The translations under genes and the position numbers were made by a program. From Selaginella moellendorffii (Eukaryota > Plantae > Lycopodiophyta), in assembly GCF_000143415.4 (NCBI RefSeq), contig NW_003314365.1, positions 319,679 to 383,678 on the forward strand: a DNA stretch of 64,000 bases, written 5' to 3'. Shown piece by piece: positions 49,811 through 63,557 of this stretch (the stretch's first letter is position 1; each line of letters starts with the position of its first letter). The notes beneath the pieces are model-generated. The model was not told where the DNA came from, ran no database searches, and saw only the letters and a program-made list of their open reading frames with translations.

Positions 49811-50479
49811 TTTGCTCCTTGATTGTACTCTCAAGAGCAATAGGGCTCTATATGGAGTTTAAGATCCATAGGAGTTTAAGGAATGCAAGTATCCACCAAC
49901 CAAATAAGAGTGCTTACCTTCACAACCTCTGTTCCACAAATGATGGATGGTACCCCTCTCGAGTAGCTATTGGAAACTCCCACTTTGGATGTTATCCCTA
50001 GGAATTGACATTTTTAGTAAATAACTTGTCTAGGGACATTCTGGAATCAGCCTATTATTGTCAGCCACTTCCAAAACCCTATTTCACCAGCCCCATGGTC
50101 ATAATGGTGTACTTCTGAGTGTGACCAAGAAAATAAAAAGAATATGAAAAGTAAAAATCCTTTGGGTGGCTTTTACAACATATGGTGGCATTCTGGTTTG
50201 GTGCTATTCTAAGGAGTATGAACAGTGTTCTACATGATGCTAGTTGTCCTCTTGAGACATTCTTCACTACTCCATCAATTAAAGCTCAACTTCACCATCA
50301 TCTTTTTTTACAATGACTTTCTCCTATTCCTTTCTTTCCTTTTCCTTTGTTTATCTTAGTTCTTCCATTGTGTTTTATTGACAAGCCAACTAGAATAATC
50401 TTCTTCATCATCCTTAAACTGTAAATTTTATAAATTCCTAGTATTTAGCTTTACTAGCCTTATGTGTACTTAAAAATAA

Positions 50480-51880
50480 GTGGGATAGCATCTCAATGGA
50501 CATTATCACTAGTTTGCCCAAGATCTTTTGAGGAAATGATGTTATTTGGGTTTTTGTGGATTGTTTGATGAAGATGGCTCACTTCTTCCCTATGAAGACA
50601 ACATTAAAAGCTTCTAAACTTGCTCAGTTGTTTGTAGACTGGTTATTCAATCTCTATGGTTTGCCAAGTGACATTGTGAATGATCGGGATCCCAAGTTCA
50701 TGTCCAAGTTTTGGCAAACAGTCTTTGAGAAGTTAGAGACTAAGTTGAGTATGAGTAGTGGTGAGCATCCATAATTAGATGGGTAAACAGAGCACATGAA
50801 TGAGCTATTAGAAGATATGCTGAGGTTTTTTGTGGAAAACTTGACTCAACAAAGAGTATGGGAGAAGTATTTACCTTTGCTTCAGTTTGCTCACAATAGC
50901 ACTCATCAATTAGCTATTGGCATGTCTCCATTTATGGCGATGTATGGCTATGAGCTTAAGTTTCCTGTGAGTTTGAGTTTGGCTTTGGTTTGGGTACCTC
51001 ATGCTTATGATTTCCAAGACAAGCTTGAGTTGACAAAGTTGAAATGAGGCAATCTCAAGATCAAGACAAAAGATTGGCTAATAAACATCATCGTCATCAA
51101 GAGTATAAAGTTGGTTACAAGGTTTTCCTTAAGCTATCAGATGCACAATGGTCTCTAAAAGGAGGTGGCACAACACCCAAAATACCATGGAGACAACTTA
51201 CAGTGTATGGGGGATCTTGCATACACTTTAGACATGCCAGCTAGTTCGAAGATTCATCCAACATTCCATGTGAGAAAGCTTAAAGCGTGTTTGCACTCTG
51301 GTGATGTCGTGGATCAGTCCATCATCCAGCTCCCAGAGATTGATGCTGAGAAGGCCAGGCTAGCCAATATTCTTGCTCAAAGATTGGTGAAAACACACCA
51401 AAAAACAACTAAAGAGTTGAATGGTTATTCCATGGATGAAGCTATATGGGAAACTGAGGATGATGTGAAGAGAGTGTTTCCAAGTTTTGGTTATGACTTG
51501 GATGACATTCCTAAAGAAGGGGAGAATTGAGTTCTATAGCCGTATTATTATATGATTTGAGCCATTTGTTCTATTCTCATTCTCAGGTTTTCATGACTGT
51601 ATTGTCATGCGAGAAAGCCGTATTGCTTTTTTTCTTTTGTGTCTGTTTGTCATGAGGTTGGTGTTGCTGTTTGCACATCTTTTCTCCATGGTTGTATTGC
51701 TTTGGACTCCCTTCATATGAGGCTTGTTTAGCTTCTTGAGGCTGCAGTATGTGGCTGGATCGGGAGAATGATACAAACCACAGAAATATTCTGAAAATAT
51801 TCCATGGCCTATGGGATTTAATGCCATAATGCCTTAAGGGTTAGAAGGTTGGCCTAGGGTTCACTCTCTTGTTCATTCCA
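50480..51880 (+). mobile_element. Chromovirus 3' half: integrase core, chromodomain remnant, PPT, 112-bp LTR (51769-51880)
   Basis: WDSISMDII, GLPSDIVNDRDPKF, HP..DG.TE..N, IHPTFHV..LK, ..AIWETEDD; GGGAGAA precedes TGATAC...TTCCA. Confidence 0.85.
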
Positions 51881-51989
51881 AGGTTGTCATCATTGTGGTG
51901 GGGGCTTGGACACTACAAGGCTATTGTCTAAAGTTGAAGAACAAGCAGTCAAGCAAGAAGAATGATCAATCTTCTACTAATGGTAGCTT

Positions 51990-53839
51990 CTAATGATTAG
52001 CTTTGACCACCTGGCACGTCAAACAACCATGTATGTACTTCTTAACATTTGACTTCATCCCAGGCCAAAAGAAATGCCTCTTCACCAATATATATGTTCT
52101 CAGTACCCCCGGATGCCTAACATTTGACACATCATGACACTCAACCAAAATCCGTTTGATGAGTTTGTCAACACAAAGAACCACCACACATCCCTTCTTC
52201 ACCAGAATTCCATTTCATATCTCAAATGACACAAATTTGTCACCCTTCAAATCTGTAGAGGCATCCCTTAACAAAATCTTTGTGCAAATATCAGTGATAA
52301 AGGAGTTGAAGTCAGCAAACTCCTTAAGCTTATCCAAGAAATTGCTAAATAGCTTCACAAACGAGATAGAATTTACCATCCTGGATAATGCATCAGCCAC
52401 CTTATTGTCACCTTCATGCTTGTACTGGATCTTAACAAACATTTCTTCCAGGAACTCTTGCCAATGAGTAAGGCAGCCTCAAAGATCCTTTTGTCAATTG
52501 AAATACTGGAAAGACTGATGGTTTGAATCCACATGGAACTCCAATCCATATAGATAATGTTGCCATTCCTTCACAGTAGCAATCACAACATACAACTCCT
52601 TGTCTTAAGTAGGCCAATTCCACTGTGTGGCATAAAACTTATGGCTCATATACACAAGAGGATAACCAACTTAAAGCAATATGGCTCCAATAAAAATGTC
52701 ACTTGCATCTTTAGAATTCACTGACCTCCTCAAAACAATCCTTGCTTTGATGTCCAGCGCTGTGGCAACAAAAACAATTTCCCTCCGCCTTATCCTTCTC
52801 TCACTGGTCCAAACGAAGTTTCTTAGCTTCACTACCATCTTCATGCTTTGAGCCACAACAGAAAAACAGCCATTTCTTCCCCGAATATGAAGCATTGGTA
52901 AGCTAGTCATCACGTTGACTACCCCATAGACCATCTAGTTGACTAGAGTTGACCGAGTTGACTGATGGTTTGGGCGAAAAGTTCTAAGCCTTAGTGATAG
53001 CATTAGTCAATGTTGCTAGAAAATCCTTCTTGACCTTCTGCTGCATCCATTGAGCTCAATCCTTTAATAAAACATTACACTTTTAGAAGTGCCTGTGATA
53101 CTAAGGCAAAGATCACGAAACTTGTGAGCATATGCATCTAAATACAAAGTCCTTTGCCAGATCTTTAACAGCTGGTTCACAAGATCAACCTCTTCAAACT
53201 TCTTGACAAACAAAGCACTAAAAACCTTTGTCAAATTAGTCCAAGAAGTCGGCTTTAAATTAGCTTTGATGTAGTTCTTCCACCACGAAGAAGCATGGCC
53301 CATAAGCTTTATCACAAAAAAAATCAATCTTCACCTTATCCTCATAAGGATTGTGAAATCAACAACTTTCCCACAATTCTAACCAAGAATCAACCTTTTA
53401 GCTATCACAAACATTTGGTGATGACTTCCATTCCATGATACCATAATCCTTGGCATGCTTGATGTACCAATGGTAATCACAGACATGATATTGATTCAAC
53501 CCTTGAGGGTTCATGCGAAGCAAGAAAGCCTTAATGAGATTGATGGAATTCTTAACCTCCTTAATGTTGCTCTAAACCTCAGAAATCTGGTGTTCTTGCT
53601 GCACAACGACATCATCAAGAGTTTCTTCCTCATCATCATGGCCATCATCACTAACGCCATACTCCTCATCAAAATCAACATCTCACTCATCTGCCATTTC
53701 CAAAAGAACATGCTACTTTGATACCAATGAAACAAAGAAGAGAGTGAACCCTAAACCAACTTCCCAACCCTTAAGGCATTACAGCCTTAAATCCCACATG
53801 CTATGGTATATTCTCAGAATATTCCTATGGTTTATGTCA
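51990..53839 (-). mobile_element. Chromovirus 5' half: 112-bp LTR (53839-53728), PBS, gag, internal deletion, RNase H, integrase zinc finger
   Basis: TGGTATCAAAG PBS; gag (KLMGHASSWW); NKVADALSR; CHD...HPG...FFWPGM...CLTCQ. Confidence 0.85.
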
Positions 53840-55627
53840 ACCTTTCCTATAATTCTTCACAAAGAACTTCTGCTTCTTCGACCCCTTTGTGTGTAAAGCA
53901 GCCACCACAGACTTCAGCTTATGATGTTCAGAGACCCAAAAAACAAAGAGTAACATAGTGCCAAACTAATGTAGTGGTCCACTATACTTCCAACTACTAT
54001 CTTTACTATATATTTGAAACCACCCATATCAATCCCTCACCCCCCAGTCAATTCGACACAATGCCGATTGACAACACTCTATGTTTCAAAGCTTTATATC
54101 TTGAGGGGCTCCTCCTTATATAGTCCTTGGATCATATTCTACATTTTTTTGTTGATATCATAAATATTGTTGTAGGAAAAATGGCAGACTTAGATGACCA
54201 TTATTGAATGCATATATTACACAATGCAATATTTTTTAATGGTGGCAAAAATCTTTGCAAGGTTGGAGGGTAACATGAAAGCTTGGGCTATCACCCCAAT
54301 CCCAAGAGATAGTCAACCTAAGAGGCATGATAGTGAGGGTTCTAGTGGACATGGCAATTTATCATTTAGCAATATTGAGGGATTAGACACAATATTGTTG
54401 GGGTTCTTAACACTAGCAAATGCAAGCCAAGAAATGAGCTTTTCTAACCAGGTAAGTATACTTGACTAATAATATCTAGAAATTTTGTCATTATACTTTT
54501 CTGGTCAAGTGCACATGTGATTACTAGTTACTAGTTACTAGCTTTGGTGGAGACTAACAAAGGGAATTAACAGTATCCACCTCCTGCCGTCATGACAGTA
54601 AGAAAAAATATCTAAAAAGACTGGCTGACAAGTATCTTTCAATACACAAAGTCACAATTACAACTTTTTAAGTTGCATATATTTCTTTTTGTTTACAGCA
54701 CCTTGTTCCAATCCATGCCTTTTGAGAAAGGAGACTATGGCTTTCTTGGAATGCATTAATGCATTATTTGAATTATCTTGAATGCTCTTTAAATTGAATG
54801 CCAAGCCTAATGTGTGATTTTGCCATTGAATCTTCGTACAATCAAGCAGAAGCATGTTCTCAATCCTTGGTGGCAGCAGTCAACATGCAGGCTATGCCAT
54901 GTACCCTCCAACTTCATGGTCGCTTGGGTGAGGGCTCTGCCTCAGCATACGTGGCTGTCCTTTTGGACGGCCCAGCTAAGGTACGGAGCCTATCATCTAC
55001 TCAACACTGGCGTACTTCCAATGGCGTTCTCCTCCAGTGCCTGGAGCAGGAGGTTCTTGAGGTTCTTCAAGCTTTAGCACGTCTGGGCTCAACTGATTCT
55101 TCGACAGGGCTACTTCTGGGTGACGATGCACCATGATGCTGTGGACTAAGCCTAGTGTTGCTTGCAGTGCTGCAGCAGTTCAATCCACGGAGCTATGTTC
55201 CTCGGTTGCCTTTCACGTTCATCACTGAAGAAACAAAATGTTTCTGAGATGGTGCTCAATGTAACCAAACACAAACAGATTTATTTAATTGTTGAGCAAA
55301 GATTTGGCTTTACTTGATTCGACGAGTGTTTGAAATGTTTCTCCGAATTTATGATATGGCAAATTTCACGCTTTATGAAGAGTTCACATGCCGGGAAATC
55401 AGCACAGGAATAATCCCTGCCATTCTCAAGAATGTGTGCCCAGGAAAATATTTCTGATGCTACAAGACTTAACAAGATTTGATAGTTCAAGCTGGAAACC
55501 AGCGATTCGAGGAATGCCAAATAGTTTCCTATATATCCATCCCATGCTTCTTAGCTGGGCACTAAAGGATTTAAAACATGAATAATTACCTAATGAATGT
55601 GGATTTAGGGTTGTTAGGTGTCTCAAT

Positions 55628-57572
55628 ATGGCACCAAAGAAAGGTGGAAAAGGAGGGAAGAAAAAAGATGAAGGTCCTGTCGAGGATGAAGTAACTATTT
55701 TAAAACATAAAGTCGGTGAGAGAGAGGCCGAGATCTTGCAGCTGCTTGAAAAACTGAAAGTGCTTGAAGAAGAATCACAGAAGCTAGCTGGAAGCATTCT
55801 CCAGATTCGTTCTGAAGCCGTGGAGCGTGGAGAAAAATTCAATGATATTATTATATATTTGACAGGGTAAGTGGATTTTACAAAAACTTCCGTCTCTTCA
55901 TTCATTTGGCAGAGAGGTGAAGATAAAGGGAGAAAAAGCAGGACGTCTGGAAAAAGAGCTGACAACTCTTAAAGCAGAGAAAACAGAATCCGCAGAGGCT
56001 TTAGCGAAAGAGATTCAAGACATGAGGCATGGATGCAAGTTTATTTTGGAAGATCTTCGGCTACAGCTTGACAACGCTCAAGTCCAGTTGCGAGATCTGA
56101 ACGAGTTTACGATGACCAAGCAAGCTTTGGAACAAGAAACAAAGAGGTAATCGATTGTTTTTACAGTGGAAGTTTCTGCAATCATTCTCTTTAAACTAGC
56201 TTAAAAGAGCAGCTTGAGAGAGAGAAGAAGGAGCACCAGGAATCTATAAGTGACGTGGAAAGAGCAACACTTCAGGAAAGAGAACGGCTTAAAAAGGAAA
56301 TGGCTGTTCGGATAGAGGATACTAGGAAGCTCATGATAAAACAAGCGCATGAGCAACTCCATGCAGTATGTTTCCTTGTATGGATACATTAAGCGAATTG
56401 ACGTGCTATAAATGCAGAAAACGAAAAAAACGATAATAGAAAACGAGCACCTGTCTAGGGAGCTTGTGGTGCATATCAAACAGACGGAAGGACTGCTGCA
56501 CAAGAACGAGAAATTTGTAGAAGAAAACATTAGAATGCATCGTCATATTCTCCTTGCAAAAGAAGTGGGCTTTTATGTTTTGCTTTATTCAACCTCAGCA
56601 TACTTTACGTAGCTTGAAGATGATCTAAAGAGAAGAAATGGAACATATCAAAAGACCATGAGGATGCTTGTTTTTAAACTTAGAGGTTTGGTGATTTCTC
56701 GTTTAACACTATCACAAACGTTTTTAGTATGTGTGAACAGAGAAATATCTCGCAAATAAAATGGAAAGAAAAATGGAGGAAGAAGACTTGGAACAACTAT
56801 TAGGGCGCAATGAAGCATTGAAAGAAGATGTTCGGGGAGAAAAAAAGGTAAATAGAAACTTTGTGTTAAAAGCTCAAAACTCAACTTTGTACTGTCTGTT
56901 TCAGCAATTAGAGAAAATAAAAGAAGTAATTGAAGCAAAATCTGCAGCAGCTGAATGCACAGGTCCAGCAGAAGCTGCAATGAAGTTTTTGTATGGTTGC
57001 ATTCAAGACTTAGAAGTCGAAAGGCTACTCGAAGCACGAACAGATGAATGTGCTGGGTATAACTTTGAAAAACCTATTACTTATCCCTGTCAGGTTGTAA
57101 CAGTGCCGAAGATACAGTTGAAGAAATCGATGCTTGGCCTCACCTACCAACCTCTTTGGACAAACTAAACTTTCAACAAAGAAAAAGATTTCTCAAGTAC
57201 GAGCACAAGACCTTTTAAATTCCTGTGAGTTGATTTTTGTGCAGGCATTTGATCCGAACTGCAATATCATTGCGTGTTGCAAGCCGAAACTTTGAGAGCC
57301 TTGACCATGCTGATAAGCAAGATCTTGAAGCTTCATTTAGTATGTGGACGGAGGCAAAAGAAACAAGTACGCCATCTTTTGATACTTCAGTTCTCAGGGC
57401 TTTTTCTCAGAGAAAGGATCAGTGCATGTTATATCTGTTGAGGACATACTTTCTTTGCCTCTCGGCTCAATGCAGCTTGACGATTCAACTGTACCGAGCA
57501 CAAGCTTTTGGATCAGGCCCACATCTTCTGGCACTCAAACATACATTAAGGTCTCTCTCTTTTAGAGATTAA
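55628..57572 (+). CDS. CFAP157: Cilia/basal-body coiled-coil protein of the CFAP157 (CFAP157/BBOF1) family; multi-exon, 3' end approximate
   Basis: MAPKKGGKGGKKK start; introns 55867-55912, 56147-56199, 56366-56417, 56565-56612, 56686-56740, 56848-56905 and later. Motifs LNEFTMTK, ERERLKKEMAVRI, QLHAKTKKTIIENEHLSREL and LPTSLDKLNFQQRKRFL. Confidence 0.7.
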
Positions 57573-57630
57573 TTTAAATAGGGACTTTTGCATGCAGGAC
57601 ATTCTACCTATGGCAAGCGAGCTTTTCTAA

Positions 57631-57670
57631 ACAAAAAGAAAAAGAAAAAGAAAAAGAAAAAAGGAAAAAA
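57631..57670. repeat. (GAAAA/AAAAAG)n microsatellite
   Basis: Directly visible A/G tract. Confidence 0.85.
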
Positions 57671-58779
57671 GGAGCGTGCTAGCTGCCTAATTTTTATTTC
57701 CATGCAGTTCCTATGGACGATTTTCTGCAAAACTATGCGACAATCCTAATGCTCATAAATTTAACTTGAGAATCTACTGATACTTTTCTTGTGACCTTTG
57801 CACTCATACATCTACAGGTTTGTTGATTCTTTCTTTCTTCTGTATATTAACGATTATGACTTGGCTCTTCATTACTGCTTAGATTCACGCGTTAGTATTA
57901 GATTGTTCACACCTAATTTCTGGGAAACATATTTGAATTGGTACACGTGCTCGTTAACCACTCGCCGTCATTTTCTAATGGTACACCTCTGGAGTTGAAG
58001 GTTAAAAAGTACTTCTTAGCGATACCTTGTCATTGATTCATGTTGACACTAAGAGACTCTCTAAGGTTTCCATGGCAGAGAGAAAAAAACCTTGTACAGT
58101 AAGGATTGAAAGAAGGCCCCGAGGAACAAAATCAGGAAAAGAAAATGATAATAACTACAGTAAAAAACATGAACAGTACGACATTCGATCTTATATACCT
58201 TGTGCTATGCGATTCACTAAAACTCTTTTCCCTGTGTTATAGAGCTTCAGCCTTGCCTCTTACCGGATTGGAGGCCTGACAAACAGTTTCCATAATGGTA
58301 GAGTGAACTTTCTTGGAGAATCCAGCAGAAACAGAAAGAGACACAGAAGCGAGCTAAGTATCTTCAACTTTAACAACTACAACTACCGCTATGACGAGTA
58401 CCACCAATCTTCTGGACGTGAGAGCCAGAAACAGATTTTATCACTTGCCACTGAGAACTGCTTGCTTCATTTTGACAAGCAGGTCCTTACTTCCTAAAGA
58501 ACTGAGCCACAAAGTGGTACCCTAATCTCCAGATTAAGAAGCAGTGAAGGTACTGAAGAACAAGGAATCTGGAGTAGCAACAACTGTAAACTCCATGTAT
58601 GTCACATTTGTAAGCTGATCAAGAGTGCAAGTCAAGGAGATCGTTGTGAGAATTTCTTGTAGTTCCTGTTGGAGCAAGCAGATCACGCCATGATCTAAGG
58701 AACATGTCATCTTTATCAAGACTAATGAAACAAAATATTAATCTCTAATAAGGCAATGAAGTTTAACCAATCACCAACC

Positions 58780-61700
58780 ATCTGAATCACCATAAATGGA
58801 AATATCAAACTTCCTCAATATACTCATGGAGAATCCAATCTCAACTTCAACAATGTTAATGTCAAAGCATCACTTAATTGCCACCAATTTTAAAATAAAA
58901 CTAAAAGAAAGAAAGAATAAATCACTACTTAAAACTTTTTAGCAACTAAGCTAACCAAGGTCAAAGATACCTACTTAGTATTCGAGGCCAATCCTTCATC
59001 AATATCCAATTATAGATAACATATCAATGAGTGAAACACTACCTTCTAATCTTAGTACAATCTAACACCACACCCTAACACAACTAAACAATATTAACAA
59101 AGGTGGAATTAATATGCCAACATGGAAAAAATATGCCAGTCCAACAACATGACCTCCACAATACTATCCAATAAGCAAGCTTATCACTATTAAATTATCA
59201 TCCAGCAAAGCAAGATTAACAATCCTTGATGAAATCTATAAACAATCGCTAGTCACGAAGCAACTAACAATCACTCTTCAATTTGCCTATATAAGACCAA
59301 AAAAAGTTTTATATCATCAAGTTATATACTTGTCTAACAAAAAGGTAACACTCTAAGTATAATGTATAGGAATATGGACAAGTCTGAGCTAAATGACTAT
59401 TTAAATCCAATTAAACTACAATAAGCTTACTAACAGGTTTAGTCAATATCTCTGAGTATGACTATAAAGGCTAGCTAAAAATAACTAACACTCAATTGAA
59501 ACTAAAGTGAAAATCATGAAATGAACTCATGTACAACCTCCTAATGGGTAAAGCTATAATACAGGTACTAACACCTCAACTACAAGGAACAATGTTGGAC
59601 ATCACTATCCTCAGCCAAGGTGTAAAGCTATCAAGACCAAGTGAAGATCAATGAGATTTTATTACTCTTATAGAGTCTATCCCAATGCAAGTTGAAACAT
59701 GCCACTGAGCACAAAATTATAGGCACAAGGTCTTTTCTAAAAAAGCACAATGGCCACTTTTGTACTCTAACTCTAAACTCGTGGATCTCGACCCGGGGAC
59801 CTAGACCTAAGTTTGGGAGTGAGCTAGAAGGTGCTAGAGAGAGAGTGTGAAGAGGAACAAGGGAGGGAGTGCAGAGGACAGCAGCAGCAATGCACACGCT
59901 GCGGCAGCAGCAAGCAGGGCTCTCCTCCTCCCTCCTCTTCCTCTCTTCTCTTGAAAGCAGCATCTCCGCACTTGGATCTCGATTTCTCTCAAACAGCTGG
60001 GAGTTTCTTTTATTCCTTCAACAGGGGGCTTGTAGGAGTGGAGCATCACGTCCTCCTACAATGGCACAGCGAGATCTGCCACAGATATGGAGATCTTGCT
60101 CGCCCTAGTTGCGGTGGCAACTAGGGTTTGCAAGCTTCCACGATTTGGGGCTTTTGGTTCTAGGGGGAAATCGAGCTGTGGGAGTGATTGAGGCAAAGAA
60201 GAGGGACATTGCCAGCATCACCAGCCCTCCATTAGCTTCGCCAGAGTGTCTAGAGAGTGGCGAGAAGCACTCCTGGTAGCGGTGCTTCATTCAAATTTGG
60301 GATCTAGGAGATCCGGACGACCCTAGCTCACGCTTTGGAATTAGGGTTCTTGGGCAGCAGCTAGGGTTAGGGTTCCTAGTGGCTAGGGCTCCAGCTGGTA
60401 GCTAGGGTTAGGGTTCACCCTGTTCTAGGGCTAGGGTTCCTTGGCAGCTAGGGCTTCTAGGGCTGGTGGTGGCAGGTCACTGTGGTCCTAGAAGGCTCTT
60501 AAGGCATCTCAACAGTGGATGTACAGTTGCAAAAGCTCTAGAAATGGAGTTTTTTGCCAAGATCTATCTGATCTTGCTGTAAGCAACCAAAGAGAACGAC
60601 TCGAGAAACGATCCATAGGGTTTAAATATAGAGGGAAAAGGCCCATAAACAAGAGTGCACCCCCTTTTCCATTCGGTTAAGGGTTTTGGGATACTTGGGG
60701 TTAAGCATCCTTGGGTTTGAATAGTACTGGGTTGTGTGATCACCCAGGAAGTCCAAACTTAGGAGCTTACATTTGGTATCAAAGGGGTCTTGGGTCTGAA
60801 TTTGTTAGTTGGCTAGGGGAATCATACCACATGTTGATTGACATCTGGCTGGTCCAATTTGCTCCCGCTGGGCTTGACCCGAGGGGTAGGGTGTCAAGAG
60901 AGCGGGGCTCTCAGGAGAGTTGTGGCTCTCAGCTTCTGTTTACGAGAGCGTGAACTTGCAAGGAAGCGTGGTGGATTGTAAGCAACTAAAGAGAACGACT
61001 CGAGAAACAATCCATGGGGTTCAAATATAGAGGGAAAGGGCCCGTGAACAAGAGTGCACCCCCTTTTCCAAATAGTTAAGGGTCTTGGGATATTTAGGGT
61101 TAAGCATCCTTGGGTTTGAATAGTATTGGGCTAGGTGATCTCCCAGGAAGTCCAAACTTAGAAGCTTACACTTGCTTGCCTTGACGTGTGATGGAGACAA
61201 TAGCAGTCAAGGATTGGGGGCACTAGAGGTCACTTTAGGGGTGACTTGGACCAGCTGGGACTTGAAAAAGTCCCCAACTTTCTGGATTCTCTATGGAAGA
61301 CCATGCATGGTGTCTGGCTTCAAGGACGATTGGGAAGGGAGGATTTTTGGAACTAGTGGTAAGGATGCGGTGGGGTCTAATGGGGTCGATGGGGTCGATG
61401 CAGTGCTACACGCATAGGGGATCTATATATCTCTTCTCCAATGCCTGCTTTGGAGTTTTCTCCCTTTGGAGGAGGTTCGTGCCCTTTCCTCAGTCCTTGT
61501 TACAGGGCTAGGACTCAATTGAAGATGAGCTAGCGCACTTGTCTCGTATGGGAGGCAAAGTAGCAAACTCCAGCCTTGAGCTGGAGGACGTTCACACCTC
61601 GCTTGGAGCTATGAGTTGGAGCTGTGTCGCAACTGGACACTTTTTTGGGCCCGAAAGCACGTTGGTGGTGGAGCGCTCCATGCAAGTCTCGCAGGTCATG

Positions 61701-63140
61701 GAGCGTAGCAAGTGGCTTCAAGTTTTGCAGAGTCACCTAGGAGGTGGACGGCCCAAGAGCAACACCGGGCGTTCGTGCTCATGAAGTGTATCAAGTGGCC
61801 TCAAGTCTCACAGTGGAGGCATCTGGGAGGTGGACGGCCCAAGAGTAGTGCCAGGCGTTCATGCTTATGGTTTTGCTGGTTTCACTAGTTTCCCTGAGAG
61901 TGCACTCTCAAATGTTGTATTACCCCCTAAGGGGATGTGGAGAAATATACCTATATGTTGTATTTAACTCTAGACTCTATCCAACTCAATTGCATTAGCT
62001 CAAAATTTTAGCATCCCTTTTAGGCTATATCATATAAACTAGTTACTAAGATTGAAGTTAATTGAAGTCAACTCTAACTCCTTTAGTTTGCAATAGCTAA
62101 TGAAAACAAAATGGTTTTTGGGTATCCATGAATGTAAATTCTCAAGACTCAACCAATTTCCTCCTACTTACAACTTTATATACATTCACTTTAACACAAC
62201 TTCTCATAACTCAATAGAATGCATAAGTGTCTAACATCATACCCATAGCTGTTATCATATAACAATTTCTACAAATATTAATGAATACCTAAAATTTTAT
62301 TATGAAGACCATTTTTGTGAATATCCATATTGCCCTTACACTCTTCTTCAATCACCTTCAAGATCTAGTATAATGCCAAAACATTAACAAGAAAAATTAC
62401 ATGAAAAAATAAACTCTTAAGAAAATTGCTTATCACTCGACATAACAATGTTACTTCCACCAACACAAGTGTTAGCACTATTAATGCCTCAACTACACAC
62501 TATCTCTATCGAACAATTTATTCCAAGTGCTAACAAATTCACCAACAAGCTATAGCAAATGAATGCTACAACCTTTCTAAAACCTCAAACTCTCAAGGAA
62601 TTAAGGTACTAACACTAGTTTAGTATAATGGATCACTTTCAAGAACCCAGTCAAAACTACTACAAAGCTATTAATAATAAGTAGACTAGCATCACCATTA
62701 ACCACTTTAGGGTTGATCATTATTTAACCAAGAAACTTTATAAATACATTACTCTCAATTATAAGGATATGATTCATCAATTGATCCACACCATGAGCAA
62801 GCCCACTGAAAAGGTTTACACTAGTATCAAGTGCCTACTCTAAGTAGGAAAATGCAACAGAAATGTTACATCTCACTAATAGAGATTTATAATATTCAAC
62901 ACTAACAACTTTGTTTATAACATAGTCAAGCTCAAATCACTCTCTTTCTAACTAAACTTAAAATTAATCCAACACCAAGTTACTCAAGAAGCAATAGCAA
63001 GGTTCTTGAGAAAAAAATTGAGCATTGTAACCCAAGCCTTCTGATAGCAAGTATAAATAAAATGGTTTAGTGCTTCACCACTATCTATTTCATAATGTAG
63101 TACTTGCAAGACCACCATAGCCAACATGTATCAAGGTAAG
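58780..63140 (-). mobile_element. Second copy of the family-B interior, interrupted by a ~2.2-kb insertion (59781-61964)
   Basis: 58780-59780 and 61965-63140 join to match the contiguous 41230-43480. Confidence 0.75.
60578..61170 (+). mobile_element. Cassandra TRIM: 194-bp LTRs with a 5S rRNA-derived segment
   Basis: LTRs 60578-60771 and 60977-61170 (TG...CA); PBS TGGTATCAAAGG at 60774; purine-rich tract before the 3' LTR; TSD CTTGC at 60573-60577 and 61171-61175; 5S-like GTTAAGC..CTTGGG...TAGTACTGGG..GTGA....GGAAGTCC in both LTRs. Confidence 0.92.
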
Positions 63141-63557
63141 TGTAAAACACAAATCCCTAATCCCGAAGTGGAATCAAAAGTGAGCCATGTGAATTGCTAT
63201 GTTTCATGCAAACTAAGTGTTACTTCTAGGTTATGTAAGAAAAGCTTTTGATTGTGTCCTATGGCATCTTTTGATTTGGCATCTGCTAGAACTCCAAACC
63301 CCCATCTCATGGATGATCAGCTGATCACTGAAGATAATGATAGAGCTTATGAAAAGCAAAGACGATCACTATGCAATAGTGATCTAGCTGTGACTTTCCA
63401 ATCTCCATTAGGTTCCTTGTAAAATAGATCTCTGTGAAAGCTTGTTTCTGGAATAAAGCAATACTAATGTTGGCATTGTAAATAGAAATGACAAGGTGGA
63501 ACTGGTTGGTGAATCTGGTGGCTGTAATGCAAGACTCAAAATTAGAGCTTTATTATA

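Noticed and set aside
54658-55300. Small gene upstream of the CFAP157-like gene
   Set aside because: Gene-like composition, but stops in all minus frames and no recognisable motif in the short plus ORFs.
60699-61153. 5S rRNA genes
   Set aside because: Only ~55 nt of the internal promoter region, embedded in LTRs; this is Cassandra.
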